Assembly (NCBI RefSeq): GCF_030144855.1
Contig: NC_082733.1
Coordinates: 5,394,001-5,458,000, forward strand
Source: Hypanus sabinus
Taxonomy: Eukaryota
Reading direction: 5' to 3'
DNA length: 64,000 nt
The notes below the pieces were generated by a model, which made no database searches, was not told the origin of the DNA, and saw nothing but the letters and a program-made list of their open reading frames with translations. Numbering within the stretch: position 1 is the first letter of the stretch; each line of letters starts with the position of its first letter. This document shows, piece after piece, positions 61,501 to 64,000 of this stretch. Position numbers and translations under genes: made by a program.

Positions 61501-63019
61501 TTTCACTTTTGAAGTGAAGCTTTTCACTTCACTCTTACATTTTCCCATCCACTTGGCTTTATGTATCAGTTTGTAGCTTGTACTCCTTTCCTTTCCCCAA
61601 CCCCTTCTTTTCCAGTCTTGATGAAAGGTCTCAGCCCAAAATGTCGACTGTTCATAGTAAATTTATTATCAAAGTACAGATACTTACAAAGTACGTTACC
61701 ATTACAACCCTTCTATTTTCTTGCAGACATAATCAGTAAATCCAAGAACCACAGTAGAATCAATGCAAGACTGCACCCAACTGGGTGTTTCAGTAACCGA
61801 TGTGTAATAGGCGACAAACTGTGCAAATACAAAAGATTATAGAAATAATAATAAATGAGCAATAGGTAAGAGTCTCAGCACCTACTACCTGCCGGATGAT
61901 TGCTGCTGGAGAAGGAATCTGTGAGCAGCCTATCACTGTGTGCCTTGCTGTGGCAGGGGGTAGGCCACTCTCCTTTATGTGGTGTCCCTCTCTTTCAATG
62001 AACGTCAGTAATATTTATAGGATAGTATCATGGTTCTGCATTTATGGATTGGACTATTTTGTTTATGGACTGTGGACTTTTTTCAGACTTATTGTTATAT
62101 ATTCTGTTTTTTTAAAATCGCCCGTATACTTTCTGTTTTGTTATGTGACGGGAGGGTGCTTGGGGGTTGATGTTCTGTCGGTTTTTTGTGTGGGGGAGGA
62201 GTTGTTTTTTGGGGGGAGCAATGTTCCTGTTCCATTTTATGCAGGGGGAGGGAGGATTGATGATTGGGATGCACAGTTTTTTTTTTGCACAGTGAATAAG
62301 TTTTGATGTTTCTCTCTGAACAACTCAAGTTCTTTCTTTGTTTCGTGGCTATCTAGAGAATACAAATCTCAGAGTTGTATAGGGATACATGATTTGATAA
62401 TAAATGAACATTTCAATTACAAAAATATAGAGAACAGGCAATGAAGAGTCCTTGAAAGTGAGTTCATAGGCTGTGGGAAGTGAGTTCATAGGCTGTGAGT
62501 TCATAGTGATGGGGCAGGTAAAGTTATCCCCACTGGTTCAAGAGCCTGTTGACTGAGGGGTACTAAATGTTTCTGAACCTGGTAGTGTTATTCCTTTTCA
62601 TAGAGGGTGCCTGACCTACTGAGTTCTCCAGCAGTTTGTGTGCATTGATCTGGATCTCCAGCATTTTTTTCTTAGTTTCTTGCAGGATCTTGTTTGTATA
62701 CATTTAGCCACTGGTAATTTCTCAATGTTAAGTTTGTATCCTTTTTTTCATTTTACTTTTGTGAGCAACAGCCTCCACAAACTGCTCTGTCTGCCATTTT
62801 GATATTTTCTATTTGAAGCTGTCCTTCATTTCCTCTGACTCACCTAGTTACAGTATGTCATTTGTTATTTTGTTGCGCTGTCTGTGTCACACATTCTTAT
62901 GTTCTCGCAGTATATTTATATGAATTTACGTGCAAATTTTTATCTAGAGCTGTGATGTATCAGTTACGTATTCAAAAATTAACTTAATTCTGAACAATAT
63001 TGCTAGTATGTTTTTTCAG

Positions 63020-63990
63020 GTAATGACCAACATTGGTCATGAGGTTGGTTATGACTAGACTGAACTCCTGCCTCAGCAAGGACCTGGACCCTGTGCAGTT
63101 TGCCTGTCGCCACAATAGGTCAATGGCGGACACAATCTCAATGTCTCTTCACATGGGCTTAGACCACCTGGACAATATAAACACCTATGCCAGGATAGTT
63201 TATCGACTATAGCTGAGTATTTAACACCATCATTCCCACAATCCTGATTGAGAAGTTACAGAACCTGGACCTCTATATCTCCCTCTGCAATTGGATCCTT
63301 GACTTCCAGACCAGAACACCACTGTCTGTGCTGATATTGATATATCCCATCAACAGTGGTGCACCTCCAGGGTGTGTGCTTAGCGCACTGCTCTACTCTC
63401 TCTGTACCAATAACCGTGTAGCTAGGCATAGCTCAAATACCATCTTTAAGTTTGCTGATGATATAACCATTGCTGGTAGAATCTCAGATGGTGACGAGAG
63501 GGCATACGGGAGAGAGATATGTCAACTAGTGGAGTGGTGTTGCAGCAACAATCTGGCACTGAATGTCAGTAAGACAAAAGAGCTGATTGTGGACTTCAGG
63601 AAGGGTAAGACAAAGGTTCACATACTAACCCTTATAGAAGGAGCAGAAGTGGAGAGAGTGAGCAGTTTCAAGTACGTGAGTGTTAAGATCTCTGAGGATC
63701 TAACCTGGTCCCAATATATTGATGCAGCTACAAAGAAGGCAAGACAGCAACTATACTTCATTAGGAGTTTGAAGAGATTTGGTAGAACTTCTATAGATGT
63801 ACCATGAAGAGCATTATGACAGGCTGCCATCCAGTTCCTAAATGGCCATTGAACCTGTGAACACTACCTCACTTTTTTTTAATATACGTTATTACTGTTT
63901 TTGCACAATTTTTAATCTATTCAATATACGTATACTGCGATTGATTTACCTATTTATTATTATTATTTTCTTCTATATTATGTATTACTG
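63020..63990 (+). mobile_element. Rex1/Babar-like LINE fragment
   Basis: [15 protein letters not shown]...FKFADD...[11 protein letters not shown]...KKARQQLYF (63328-63807). Confidence 0.9.
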
Positions 63991-64000
63991 TCAAGTCAAA

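Noticed and set aside
62458-62505. Short GTGAGTTCATAGGCTGTG tandem repeats resembling splice donors
   Set aside because: Local slippage duplication inside a dispersed repeat; no upstream exon evident.

Overview
Vertebrate, repeat-rich genomic DNA; the repeat content (CR1, Rex1/Babar-like, Penelope-like and V-SINE/HE1-like elements) suggests a cartilaginous fish, probably a ray (inference). The window holds the divergently transcribed RFX7-TEX9 pair: the first coding exon of RFX7 on the minus strand (6083-6237, CpG-island promoter, followed by a ~1.1 kb G/A-rich tract) and four coding exons of TEX9 on the plus strand (35898-50851). A near-perfect 125-bp tandem array (~5.9 copies) abuts the TEX9 core promoter, which carries CRE, CCAAT, TCTCGCGA and RFX X-box motifs. 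The rest is mostly nested retroelements. The most notable non-genic signals are: (i) several Penelope-associated minimal hammerhead-ribozyme motifs, one with an intact core in the sense strand of TEX9 intron 1; (ii) two fold-back Penelope derivatives flanked by direct repeats; (iii) a 72-nt near-perfect hairpin in an RFX7 intron; (iv) a young CR1 with a nearly intact ORF2. No prokaryotic or CRISPR system is present. Repeat boundaries are approximate unless a target-site duplication (TSD) is given.
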